64,000 bases of DNA from Candidatus Saccharimonadota bacterium (GCA_026707815.1 JAPOWB010000009.1:6752-70751); one strand, 5' to 3'. Shown: positions 22,160 through 31,465, numbered from the stretch's first letter. Program-made: numbers and translations. Notes: generated by a model not told the origin, from the letters alone.

Positions 22160-22699
22160 ATGAGTCGCATAGGTCAACAACCAATCACTATTCCAGACAA
22201 TGTTCAAATTAAACTAGCTGATCAGCAAGTTGTTGTCAGCGGACCAAAAGGTCAACTTAATCAGACTTGTTTAGATCAGATTGATTATGATATTAATCAA
22301 AGTCAATGCCTAGTGATTAGAAAAAATGACAGCTCAAAAGCCAAAGCTCAGCATGGTCTAATGAGATCTCTGATTGCCAATATGGTAGAAGGAGTTAGCC
22401 AAGGTTTTAATAAAGAATTGGAAATTATTGGTATCGGTTATAAAGCTCGGCTTGAAGGACAAACTTTAATTTTAAATATTGGCTTCAGTCATGAAGTCAA
22501 GTATCAAATCCCTGATAATGTTCAAATTACTATCGAAGGCAACAATATTAAGCTTCACAGCATAGATAAACAACTGATTGGACAGGTAGCTGCTACGATT
22601 CGCAACTTTAAAAAACCTGAACCTTACAAGGGTAAAGGTATTCGCTATCGAGGCGAAAAAATCAGACGTAAAGCTGGTAAGGGAGCTAAAGAAAATTAG
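22160..22699 (+). CDS. rplF: 50S ribosomal protein L6
   Basis: Internal ATG at 22160, start MSRIGQQPITIP, located after the rpsH stop. Confidence 0.95.
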   Translation: MSRIGQQPITIPDNVQIKLADQQVVVSGPKGQLNQTCLDQIDYDINQSQCLVIRKNDSSKAKAQHGLMRSLIANMVEGVSQGFNKELEIIGIGYKARLEGQTLILNIGFSHEVKYQIPDNVQITIEGNNIKLHSIDKQLIGQVAATIRNFKKPEPYKGKGIRYRGEKIRRKAGKGAKEN

Positions 22700-22707
22700 A
22701 AAAAACC

Positions 22708-23061
22708 ATGACCAGATTATTAAAAATTAAAGATAATAAACAGCAACGTCGCACTAGAACACGACGACAGATTAAAAATCATACTCTCAGACCAAGACTT
22801 TGCGTTCACATTAGTCTGCGACATATCTATGCCCAAGTTATTGATGATGTTGAGGGTAAAACTTTAGTAGCTAGCTCAACTTTGAAAAAGAATCTGAAAC
22901 AATCTTTGAGCAAACAAGCTGAAATAATTGGTAAAGAAATTGCTGAAAAATGTTTGAAAGCTAAAATTAAGCAAGTTGTTTTAGATAGAGGTTGCAAGAC
23001 TTATCATGGACGATTAAAGATTTTAGCTGAAGCTAGTCGACAAGGAGGATTAGAATTTTAA
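22708..23061 (+). CDS. rplR: 50S ribosomal protein L18
   Basis: 117 aa with RPRLCVHISLRHIYAQ and YHGRLKILAEASRQGGLEF. Confidence 0.92.
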   Translation: MTRLLKIKDNKQQRRTRTRRQIKNHTLRPRLCVHISLRHIYAQVIDDVEGKTLVASSTLKKNLKQSLSKQAEIIGKEIAEKCLKAKIKQVVLDRGCKTYHGRLKILAEASRQGGLEF

Positions 23062-23067
23062 AAGGTT

Positions 23068-23583
23068 ATGAGACCGAATATGCAACACATTAATCTACCA
23101 ACTGATTTCGATCATGTTGTCTTAAATGTTAATCGAGTATCTAGAGTTGTTAAAGGTGGACGACGATTTAGAAATCGAGCTGTAGTGGTTATCGGTAATC
23201 GCAAGGGTCGAGTTGGAGTTGGAGTAGCCAAAGGCGCTGATCGAACAATTGCTATTCAGAAAGCTGTTAATGTCGCTCAGAGAAATTTAATTCAAGCCGT
23301 TATTGAAGAACCCACAACTATTCCCCATGAAGTTTTATCTAAAGTTGGCGGAGCTAAAATTCTCTTAAAACCAGCTAATGATGGCACAGGTATTATTGCT
23401 GGTGACACTGTTCAGAGAATCCTAGATTTAGCTGGTTATCATAATATTTATAGCAAGTCCTTAGGTCGAACTAATAAAATCAATGTAGCCTATGCCGTCA
23501 TGGAAGCCTTAAAACAACTCCAACCCAAAGATAAGTGGCATATTAATTTAATAAAAGAAACTCAGCAAGCAGTTCAATCATGA
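23068..23583 (+). CDS. rpsE: 30S ribosomal protein S5
   Basis: NRVSRVVKGGRRFRNRAVVVIGN motif. Confidence 0.95.
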   Translation: MRPNMQHINLPTDFDHVVLNVNRVSRVVKGGRRFRNRAVVVIGNRKGRVGVGVAKGADRTIAIQKAVNVAQRNLIQAVIEEPTTIPHEVLSKVGGAKILLKPANDGTGIIAGDTVQRILDLAGYHNIYSKSLGRTNKINVAYAVMEALKQLQPKDKWHINLIKETQQAVQS

Positions 23584-24119
23584 AGTTTAATCAATTAAAT
23601 TTAACCAGCTTTAAAAATCAACGAAGAAGAGGTCGAGGCATTGCCGCTGGATTGGGAAAAACCGCTGGTCGAGGGACAAAGGGGCAAAAATCTCGCAGCG
23701 GAGGACGAACTAGACCATATTTTGAAGGTGGACAAACTCCTTTAGTTCGTCGATTACCAAAATTAGCTGGCTTTCGAAGCCATAGACCAAAGGCACAAAC
23801 CGTCTATACCGAACAACTGGATCAAATCAAAACTACTAGCAAAATTATCGACAATCATGTTTTATTCCAGCAAGGTTTAATTGATGATGAATATCGAACC
23901 GTTAAGATAATTTCTAAAGGTCAAGTCAGTCAAGCTCACCAAGTGCAGGTTCAAAGAATTTCTAAAACTGCTCTAAATAATATTCAGCAAGCTGGAGGTG
24001 ATTTCAAAAAGATTAGCAGACCTCAAAGACCTAATTCGACTAAAAAGACTGAACGTCAGCAAGCTCGGCTGAAAAACCGACAAGCTACCAGAAAATCAAA
24101 AAACTCAAAATTAATGTAG
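23580..24119 (+). CDS. rplO: 50S ribosomal protein L15 (basic C-terminal tail)
   Basis: GRGIAAGLGKTAGRGTKGQKSRSG motif. Overlaps the rpsE stop by 4 nt, so there is no room for rpmD. Confidence 0.92.
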   Translation: MKFNQLNLTSFKNQRRRGRGIAAGLGKTAGRGTKGQKSRSGGRTRPYFEGGQTPLVRRLPKLAGFRSHRPKAQTVYTEQLDQIKTTSKIIDNHVLFQQGLIDDEYRTVKIISKGQVSQAHQVQVQRISKTALNNIQQAGGDFKKISRPQRPNSTKKTERQQARLKNRQATRKSKNSKLM

Positions 24120-24137
24120 GGGTTTATAAAAAGCATT

Positions 24138-25553
24138 ATGAATTGGAAATTAATTTGGCGAGGCATAAAAACTCCCGCCATGCGCAATAAACTGCTTGCC
24201 ATCTTGGGTATTTTGCTGGTTTATCGGATGCTATCTCATATTCCCATTCCTTTGGCTGAACCGACGGTTTTAAAACAGCTAATAGATAATCTATTCACTA
24301 ATGAGGGTATTCCTGAATTACTTAGTATTTACAATTTATTATCAGGTGGAGCTTTAACAGGTTTATCAATTATGCTAGTCGGAGTAGCTCCTTATATTAC
24401 CGCCTCAATTATCATGCAAGTTCTAACTCGAGCCATTCCTAAATTAGAAAAAATGCAAAAAGAAGGTGAATATGGTCGAAAAAAGATTAATCAATACACT
24501 CGGCTTTTAACTTTACCTTTAGCTATTTCACAATCAATTCTAATGCTCTTTTTTGTCAGACAAGCCACATCTCAAATCAGTGGTTTAGGCGATATTTTTG
24601 GGGAAGCTAGTTTAGGGACTTGGCTTTTAATGATTGCTTCTTTGACAACTGGAGCAATGATTTTAATGTGGTTGGGAGAATTAATTACTGAGAAAAATAT
24701 TGGTAATGGAATTAGTTTATTAATTACAGTAGCCATTATTAGTCAATTGCCACTTCTAATTTCATCTCTATATAGAAGTGTAACAACCGATGATTCAACT
24801 GCCATATCTATCTTTAATTGGTTTGATGTTTCGCCAACTTTAATTTATGTTCTGGTTTTGCTTTTAATCACCTTCCTACTGACAGTCTTTATTGTCTATG
24901 TTAATGAAGCTTATAGAAAAATCAAATTAAGCTATGCCAAGCGCATTCAGGGTAACAGAGTCTATGGGGGAGTGAATACTTTTCTGCCCATTAAATTAAT
25001 TTTAGCTGGAGTGATTCCAATTATCTTTGCCACTTCATTTCTATCTATCCCCCAACTAATGAGTAGTTGGTTAAGCAATGTCGATAGCCTCTTTTGGGCG
25101 GATTTAGGAACAAATTTAGGTACTTGGTTTGCTATTCCCAGCCAAGAAACTGATTTATCTAATTGGGTTAGTTATATTTATCCAGCTAGCTATTTCTTCT
25201 TGGTCGTAATCTTTACTTATTTCTATACCAATATTGTCTTTTCAGCTAAGGATATTTCTGAAAGATTACAAAGACAGGGCGGCTTTATAGAAGGTGTCAG
25301 ACCAGGTTTATCAACCCAGAAATATTTAAGCAGTATTGTCAATCGGCTAAATCTTTTTGGAGCCGGCATTTTGGGAACAATTGCTCTCATCCCAATCATG
25401 GCTCAAATGTTTTTCCCCGGCAGTCAAATACTTTTGAGTGGTATTAGTATCCTGATTATTGTAGCCGTAGCTCTAGAAACATTGAGGCAAATAGAATCTC
25501 AAGCTTTAATGGTTACCTATGAAGATTATGATCGAAAATTTGAATCTCAGTAA
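24138..25553 (+). CDS. secY: preprotein translocase subunit SecY
   Basis: 471-aa polytopic membrane protein in the canonical position after rplO. Confidence 0.95.
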   Translation: MNWKLIWRGIKTPAMRNKLLAILGILLVYRMLSHIPIPLAEPTVLKQLIDNLFTNEGIPELLSIYNLLSGGALTGLSIMLVGVAPYITASIIMQVLTRAIPKLEKMQKEGEYGRKKINQYTRLLTLPLAISQSILMLFFVRQATSQISGLGDIFGEASLGTWLLMIASLTTGAMILMWLGELITEKNIGNGISLLITVAIISQLPLLISSLYRSVTTDDSTAISIFNWFDVSPTLIYVLVLLLITFLLTVFIVYVNEAYRKIKLSYAKRIQGNRVYGGVNTFLPIKLILAGVIPIIFATSFLSIPQLMSSWLSNVDSLFWADLGTNLGTWFAIPSQETDLSNWVSYIYPASYFFLVVIFTYFYTNIVFSAKDISERLQRQGGFIEGVRPGLSTQKYLSSIVNRLNLFGAGILGTIALIPIMAQMFFPGSQILLSGISILIIVAVALETLRQIESQALMVTYEDYDRKFESQ

Positions 25554-25573
25554 ATAATATTTGCAATATATAT

Positions 25574-25584
25574 GGGGGGGGGGG
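25574..25584. repeat. G11 homopolymer tract
   Basis: Eleven consecutive G counted directly, in otherwise AT-rich intergenic DNA 30 nt upstream of the 25614 start codon. Confidence 0.95.
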
Positions 25585-25613
25585 TAATCTATAGTTTAGA
25601 TTAATAGAGTGAT

Positions 25614-26225
25614 ATGGCAAAAGGAATAATTTACGTAATGCTAACTGCCGTTTCCGGCTTAGTAAAAATTGGGAAAACAAACACGGACAACTACAAAGAG
25701 CGTATGCGACATCTTGAAGCCAATGGTTATTATAATGTAGTTGGTCTCAAACGCTTTTTGGCAATTGAACTTGCAGATTATGATGATAAAGAAAGTTTAT
25801 TGCACGAAATCTTTAGTAAATATCAAGTTGGTAACAGTGAGCTTTTTGCCCTTGATCAAGATTTAATAAGACAACTTTTACTTTCCTTTGATGGCAGAGT
25901 AATTTATCCCGAAAGAATTAAGAAAGAAAAAGAATTTAACAAAATTACTACAATTCGCAAGAAGGGAGCTTTATTCAATTTTTATGCAAAAGGTTTGAAA
26001 AAGGGGGATCAGATTAGCTTTATATCCGATAATGCAATCACAGCTAAGGTCGCAGACAAACGGACAGTTGAATATGCTGGTTCACTTTGGAAATTATCGC
26101 CACTCACATTTAAAATATACCAAACAAAGAATCAGCAGAATGAGAGTGGTGCATATCAAGGCGCTAATTATTGGCAATACAAGGGTAAAAAATTAAAAGA
26201 TTTACCCGATATTGTACAACAATAA
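25614..26225 (+). CDS. GIY-YIG-superfamily / T5orf172-like domain protein with a small C-terminal SPxxF...NYWxY domain
   Basis: N-terminus has GIIYVM...GLVKIGKT...R..L, the T5orf172/MUG113 pattern. C-terminus has WKLSPLTF...GANYWQYKGKKLKDL, resembling the DUF4357-type module often fused to such nucleases. Confidence 0.7.
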   Translation: MAKGIIYVMLTAVSGLVKIGKTNTDNYKERMRHLEANGYYNVVGLKRFLAIELADYDDKESLLHEIFSKYQVGNSELFALDQDLIRQLLLSFDGRVIYPERIKKEKEFNKITTIRKKGALFNFYAKGLKKGDQISFISDNAITAKVADKRTVEYAGSLWKLSPLTFKIYQTKNQQNESGAYQGANYWQYKGKKLKDLPDIVQQ

Positions 26226-26277
26226 AATATCTGTATAAGATACAGGAATAATAATTTCTACCATTTAAATCACTGGT

Positions 26278-26943
26278 TTGTCAAAAAGTAAAAAACATTT
26301 TATAATTTTATATATGAGAACTGGTTTGAATTACGAAAACAATCTTGAATATCAAGATCTGGATATTGATGAACCTCAATATATTTTTTTAAATTTAAAA
26401 CTTTATGAATACAATACCCAGATTATTAAAATTCTCAATCAGATCCAATCTAAGCCTCTTGATATTAAAAAATATTTAAATCAAGCCAATCTTGATATAG
26501 ATAAAGTTTTATACAATATAGATATATTGACCAAGGAATTTCAAAATACCCTAGAATGTTTAAGCCTTTGGGAATTGCTCAAATATGACAAACAAGAGGA
26601 TGCTCAGGTCGTACCTTTGGGTATTTTTTTTGCGAGTTGTTACCTACAAAAAACCTTTCACTCATTCAACCAAAGACGATTTTGGGGAGAAAGTTTTAAT
26701 CGACAATTAATCAGAATGGATTGCAGTTATTATGATATAGCTCATTCTTTCAATATTGATGGCTGTATTGAAATGCAAAATAATTATCTCAGAAAAAAGA
26801 TTCATTATACCAGTTTGATTGAGCATCAACTTGAAACTGCTCAGCCTGTTAGAATAACTCCAATGAGTGTGGCTCAATTTAATTTAGACATATTCAAAGA
26901 TAGTGTTCTGCAGAGAAGAACTTTTTATCCCCAATGGTTTTAG
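26278..26943 (+). CDS. hypothetical protein
   Basis: 221-aa ORF with TTG start (alternative ATG at 26314). No motif recognised. Confidence 0.55.
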   Translation: MSKSKKHFIILYMRTGLNYENNLEYQDLDIDEPQYIFLNLKLYEYNTQIIKILNQIQSKPLDIKKYLNQANLDIDKVLYNIDILTKEFQNTLECLSLWELLKYDKQEDAQVVPLGIFFASCYLQKTFHSFNQRRFWGESFNRQLIRMDCSYYDIAHSFNIDGCIEMQNNYLRKKIHYTSLIEHQLETAQPVRITPMSVAQFNLDIFKDSVLQRRTFYPQWF

Positions 26944-26994
26944 AAAAATCCATTCTCCTATCCCTTAAAAAGAAAACATATGATAAAAGGAAGT

Positions 26995-27023
26995 TTGACA
27001 AGTTAACAGATTTAATCTAGAAT
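26995..27023 (+). promoter_or_regulatory. candidate sigma70-type promoter for infA-rpmJ-rpsM... (TTGACA-17-TAGAAT)
   Basis: TTGACA at 26995-27000, a 17-nt spacer, then TAGAAT at 27018-27023, about 50 nt upstream of infA. Confidence 0.45.
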
Positions 27024-27076
27024 TATCTGTTGGACAAAGAGTCTGAGGTTATTTTTTTATCTTTTGGTTTAAGTGC

Positions 27077-27310
27077 ATGTCAAATCAAAAAACTGTTTTA
27101 AAACTTGATGGTCGGGTTGTCGAATGTTTACCTGGGGCTTGTTTTACTGTCGAGCTAGAAGATAACAAGCATCAGATTCGTTGTAGTGTCTCTGGTCGCA
27201 TGAGAAAGAGTTATATTAAACTTATCAGAGGCGATGGTGTGGTGATAGAAATGACACCTTACGATCTCACTAAGGGTCGGATTATCTACCGCAAAAATAA
27301 GAATTCTTAA
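27077..27310 (+). CDS. infA: translation initiation factor IF-1
   Basis: 77-aa S1-like fold sequence, ...[33 protein letters not shown]... Confidence 0.95.
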   Translation: MSNQKTVLKLDGRVVECLPGACFTVELEDNKHQIRCSVSGRMRKSYIKLIRGDGVVIEMTPYDLTKGRIIYRKNKNS

Positions 27311-27337
27311 ATTATTAAATTTAAAAAGTAGAAGTAT

Positions 27338-27451
27338 ATGAAAGTTAGGGCGAGCGTCAAAAAAATCTGTCGAAAATGTCAGATTGTCAGACGTAAGCGA
27401 CGCCTAGTTATCATCTGTCAGAATGTTAAACATAAACAACGCCAAGGTTGA
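27338..27451 (+). CDS. rpmJ: 50S ribosomal protein L36
   Basis: Hand-translated 37 aa: [37 protein letters not shown]. Too short to appear in the ORF track. Confidence 0.9.
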   Translation: MKVRASVKKICRKCQIVRRKRRLVIICQNVKHKQRQG

Positions 27452-27453
27452 AA

Positions 27454-27840
27454 ATGAATAGAATCGCTGAAGTTAGTCTACCCTATGATAAACGTATTGT
27501 CATTGGTCTGACCTATATTTATGGCATTGGACGAACCACTAGTCAGAAAATCCTTGATCAAGCTAAAATCTCTCCTGATATTAGAGTTAAAGACTTAACA
27601 GCTGATCAAATTCAATCTCTGGACGGCATTATTAGAGAACAGTATGTTGTTGAAGGTAAATTACAAAAAATAGTTTTCAACAATATTAAAAGACTGAAAG
27701 ATATTCGAGCTTACCGAGGTCTAAGACATCAAGCTAAGCTACCTTCAAGAGGACAAAGGACTCAAACCAATGCTCGAACCCGAAGAGGTAAAAAAATTAC
27801 TGTTGGTGGAACAGCTAAAAAGGCTCCTTCTAAGACTTAA
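27454..27840 (+). CDS. rpsM: 30S ribosomal protein S13
   Basis: ATG at 27454, start MNRIAEV. The track start at 27448 is a TTG two codons upstream. Confidence 0.95.
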   Translation: MNRIAEVSLPYDKRIVIGLTYIYGIGRTTSQKILDQAKISPDIRVKDLTADQIQSLDGIIREQYVVEGKLQKIVFNNIKRLKDIRAYRGLRHQAKLPSRGQRTQTNARTRRGKKITVGGTAKKAPSKT

Positions 27841-27855
27841 AGATTTATTTAAAAC

Positions 27856-28266
27856 ATGGCAAAAGCTCAAGCATCTACTACTAGCAAAAAAACTAAATCA
27901 AATCGAACTAAACGAACTGTCAATCATGGTTGTATTCATATTTTAGCCTCTTTCAATAATACTTTGATTAGCATATCTGATTTACAAGGCAATGTTTTAG
28001 CCAGCACTAGTGCTGGAGCTTGTGGCTTTAGAGGAGCTAAAAAAGGTTCACCTCACGCCGCCCAAACTGCAGCTAATCAAGTTATCACTAAAGCCATGAA
28101 GAATTTTAATCTTAAAAAGCTGAACATTTATATTAAGGGGGTTGGTTCGGGTAGAGAAAGTACTATTCGCACCCTTTTGAGTAAGGATATTCAGATTGAT
28201 TTAATTGCTGATAAAACTTCTATTCCTCACGGTGGAGTGCGACCTCGAAAGGCAAGGAGAGTTTAA
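27856..28266 (+). CDS. rpsK: 30S ribosomal protein S11
   Basis: 136 aa ending in IPHGGVRPRKARRV. Confidence 0.96.
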   Translation: MAKAQASTTSKKTKSNRTKRTVNHGCIHILASFNNTLISISDLQGNVLASTSAGACGFRGAKKGSPHAAQTAANQVITKAMKNFNLKKLNIYIKGVGSGRESTIRTLLSKDIQIDLIADKTSIPHGGVRPRKARRV

Positions 28267-28270
28267 AGTA

Positions 28271-28891
28271 ATGGCAAGAGATCTAGCCCCAGTAGTCAAG
28301 CAGAGTCGGAGAGAAAACTTCGCTCTACACCCTAAAGCACATAAATATTTAATTAAAAAATCCGGCATTCCCGGACAGCATGGAGGTAGTGGACGGCGAT
28401 TAGTTAATAGAAAACAATATGCTATTCAACTGAGAGAAAAACAAAAAGTTCGACGGTTGTATGGATTATTAGAGAAACAATTTGCCAATTTATTCAAAAA
28501 ATCTTTAAAGCAAAAAGGTCAAGGTGGGAGTAATGCTCTGAGTCTATTAGAAAGAAGATTAGATAATGCTGTTTACCGAGCTGGTTTTGCTAGCAGTCGT
28601 CAAGCTGCTCGTCAATTGGTTAGCCATAAGCATTTAATTTTGAATTCTCGACGAGTGAATATTGCCTCTATTACTTTGAAAATCGGCGATAAAATTCAAG
28701 TTCGACCCCAAAGCCAAAAAAATGCCTATTTTAAATTCTTAAATGATTTAAGTCCAGCCCCCGCTCAATTACCAAATTGGTTAAAAATTAACCGAGACAA
28801 GCTAACTTTTGAAGTTGTTGCCTTACCAATTCGAGAAGATATACCCGAAGAAATTAATGAACAATTAGTAGTCGAATATTATTCACGTTAA
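28271..28891 (+). CDS. rpsD: 30S ribosomal protein S4
   Basis: Internal ATG at 28271, start MARDLAPVVKQSRRE. Contains an S4 RNA-binding domain. Confidence 0.95.
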   Translation: MARDLAPVVKQSRRENFALHPKAHKYLIKKSGIPGQHGGSGRRLVNRKQYAIQLREKQKVRRLYGLLEKQFANLFKKSLKQKGQGGSNALSLLERRLDNAVYRAGFASSRQAARQLVSHKHLILNSRRVNIASITLKIGDKIQVRPQSQKNAYFKFLNDLSPAPAQLPNWLKINRDKLTFEVVALPIREDIPEEINEQLVVEYYSR

Positions 28892-28924
28892 ATAATTAAA
28901 TTTTAAAAATATAAGGAAGGATTA

Positions 28925-29902
28925 ATGTTTCAAAAAATTTACACTCCCAGCATTTCTAATATTGATGAATATGAACCCAATAAGGCAACTCTGACTATCG
29001 AGCCTTTACTACCCAATTATGCTTTAACTTTAGGCAATAGTTTACGGCGGGTTTTACTATCATCTATTTCTGGATTAGCTGTAGTTTCCTTCAAGGCTGA
29101 AGGAGCTTCACATGAATTTACCACCCTGCCAGGCGTTAAAGAAGATTTGGTTGAGATTATGCTTAATTTAAAAGCTCTCAGATTTAAAGCTCCCGAGGAT
29201 TTTAGAAATATAAATTCTGAATCAGAATCGGACACCCTTATTAGACTGTCCTTAAACAAGACGGGTTCAGGACCAGTTTTAGGCAAAGATATTAGCCCTC
29301 ATCCCGATATCGAAGTAGTCAATCCTGATCACCTAATTGCTACTTTAGATGCTCCCTCAGATAAAATTGCCTTAGAATTAGTTATTGATTGGGGCTTGGG
29401 CTATTTATCCATCGAAGAAAGCGAAGCTCAATATGGTCAAAATGACTATATTTCTATTGATGCTGTTTTCTGTCCGGTTTCTCGAGTTCGTTACAAGGTG
29501 GAAAATACTCGAGTTGGTAAAATGACTAATTTAGATAGATTACTACTGACTATTGAGACAGATGGGAGCATGACTCCTAAAAATGCTTTTGAAGAGGCAG
29601 CAGCTATTTTGAAAGAGCACTATGCAATTTTATCAGGGGCAACTGAAGTGGATAGTCAATCTTTCCGTCAATCTTCTGAAGACAAAGCTCTTCAGGATGC
29701 TGTTAGAGCTGATGAGAGACTGGACTACTATATTGAAGATCTGCAATTAAGTGCTCGAACAACTAACGCTCTCATCAATAATGATTTACATACCGTTCAG
29801 GATATCTTGAATTTAAGCGATGCAGAACTCAGGGATCTCAGAGGTTTCGGAGCTATTGCTTTGCAGGAAATTAAAGATAAAATGAAGGAATTAGGCTTTT
29901 AA
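28925..29902 (+). CDS. rpoA: DNA-directed RNA polymerase subunit alpha
   Basis: 325 aa with N-terminal dimerisation and C-terminal domains (LSARTTNALINNDLHTVQDIL). Confidence 0.95.
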   Translation: MFQKIYTPSISNIDEYEPNKATLTIEPLLPNYALTLGNSLRRVLLSSISGLAVVSFKAEGASHEFTTLPGVKEDLVEIMLNLKALRFKAPEDFRNINSESESDTLIRLSLNKTGSGPVLGKDISPHPDIEVVNPDHLIATLDAPSDKIALELVIDWGLGYLSIEESEAQYGQNDYISIDAVFCPVSRVRYKVENTRVGKMTNLDRLLLTIETDGSMTPKNAFEEAAAILKEHYAILSGATEVDSQSFRQSSEDKALQDAVRADERLDYYIEDLQLSARTTNALINNDLHTVQDILNLSDAELRDLRGFGAIALQEIKDKMKELGF

Positions 29903-29917
29903 ATATATTATATAGAA

Positions 29918-30481
29918 ATGCATCGACATGGTTATAAAGGCAGGAAACTTGGGCGAACTCGAGATCCTCGACGTTTGTTAATTAAGAATTTAGCCACTGA
30001 ATTATTTAATAACCAATCCGTAACAACGACTTTAGCTAAAGCTAAAGAGGTAATTTCCTACAGCGAAAGACTAATTACTAAGGCTAAAAAAGGTGATTTA
30101 CATAATCGCCGTCAAATTATATCTAAACTAACTACCATTGATTCAGCACATAAATTGGTTGATCATATTTCCCCCCAACTTACTCAAAGACCGGGTGGAT
30201 ATTTGAAATTAATTACTTTGAGTCCACGCAAGGGCGACGGAGCTCAAATGGCTTATATCAGTTTTAATGATAATCTTGAAGCAGATTTTCAAAAATCTCA
30301 AGCAGTTGCTTCTAGTAAATCCTCCCCAGCAAAGGCTAATAAACAGAAATTAACTTCTCAAATTAAAGCTGAAATGACTAATACTTCAAAACCAACCCCT
30401 AAAACTAATTCTCAACCCCAGAAAAAATCCAGCCAGACTGCTTCTAGAAGAAATAATTCTCTACGAAAAACTGCTAAATAA
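29918..30481 (+). CDS. rplQ: 50S ribosomal protein L17 with ~65-aa K/S/T/Q-rich tail
   Basis: L17 core (MHRHGYKGRKLGR...) followed by a long low-complexity basic tail. Confidence 0.9.
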   Translation: MHRHGYKGRKLGRTRDPRRLLIKNLATELFNNQSVTTTLAKAKEVISYSERLITKAKKGDLHNRRQIISKLTTIDSAHKLVDHISPQLTQRPGGYLKLITLSPRKGDGAQMAYISFNDNLEADFQKSQAVASSKSSPAKANKQKLTSQIKAEMTNTSKPTPKTNSQPQKKSSQTASRRNNSLRKTAK

Positions 30482-30973
30482 ATGTACAAATCTTTAGCTA
30501 CCATGAGCACCAAGCATCAGAAATTTAAAACTAATCATTTAAAACCATCAGATATACAATCCGATTGGTATTTAGTCGATGCTAGTCAAATTGCTTTGGG
30601 TAGATTGGCTACAGAAGTAGCTAAGTTATTGATCGGCAAACATAAAATTGATTACAGTCCACATCTGAATCATGGAGATCATGTCATAGTCATTAATGCT
30701 CAACAATGCTTTTTAACCGGCAATAAAGAAACAACTAAAAAATATTATCGGCATAGTGGTTATTTAGGGAATCTATCTGAACGAACAGTCGCTCAACAAA
30801 GAGCATTGGATGCTCGTCAGATTGTTTATAAAGCCGTCAAAGGCATGTTGCCAAAAAATAAACTTCAAGCCGTTAGATTAGACAAATTGAGAATTTATTC
30901 GGATGACAATCACCAACAGCATGCTCAAAAACCAATGACATATAAATTACCTCAAAAGGAGAAAATCAATTAA
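30482..30973 (+). CDS. rplM: 50S ribosomal protein L13
   Basis: WYLVDASQIALGRLATEVAKLLIGKHK motif. Confidence 0.92.
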   Translation: MYKSLATMSTKHQKFKTNHLKPSDIQSDWYLVDASQIALGRLATEVAKLLIGKHKIDYSPHLNHGDHVIVINAQQCFLTGNKETTKKYYRHSGYLGNLSERTVAQQRALDARQIVYKAVKGMLPKNKLQAVRLDKLRIYSDDNHQQHAQKPMTYKLPQKEKIN

Positions 30974-30986
30974 ATAAAAGAAGATT

Positions 30987-31391
30987 ATGGCTGAATCAAA
31001 AACTAATTATTATTATGCTTTAGGACGACGAAAGACTTCAGTAGCTAAAGTCAGATTGATAAAAGGTAAAGGGCAAATTACAGTTAATAATCAATTAGCT
31101 AAAGAATATTTTTGCCAAGCTGAGCCTTTATTAGTTGAATTAAGCATCCCCTTAATGCTGGTTAATCAAGTCGATAATTTTGATTTAAGTATTCTGGTAA
31201 GAGGTGGAGGACATCATAGTCAGGTTGGAGCAATTAGATTGGGTATTGCTAAAGCTCTAATAATTTTCAATCCTGACTGGAAAGATACTCTCAAGAGAGC
31301 AGATCTACTGAGTCGAGACCCCCGAGCTAAAGAAAGAAAGAAATTCGGTCAAAAAGGGGCTCGGAAAAAACGGCAATTTACGAAGCGATAA
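30987..31391 (+). CDS. rpsI: 30S ribosomal protein S9
   Basis: GRRKTSVAKVRL near the start and ...RKKRQFTKR at the end. Confidence 0.95.
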   Translation: MAESKTNYYYALGRRKTSVAKVRLIKGKGQITVNNQLAKEYFCQAEPLLVELSIPLMLVNQVDNFDLSILVRGGGHHSQVGAIRLGIAKALIIFNPDWKDTLKRADLLSRDPRAKERKKFGQKGARKKRQFTKR

Positions 31392-31465
31392 TTTCTTTAA
31401 AAATAAAAACTGATAGAAAAATAGTTTTAAAAAATTTTAAACTATTGTGATAATAAATGTAAAAG

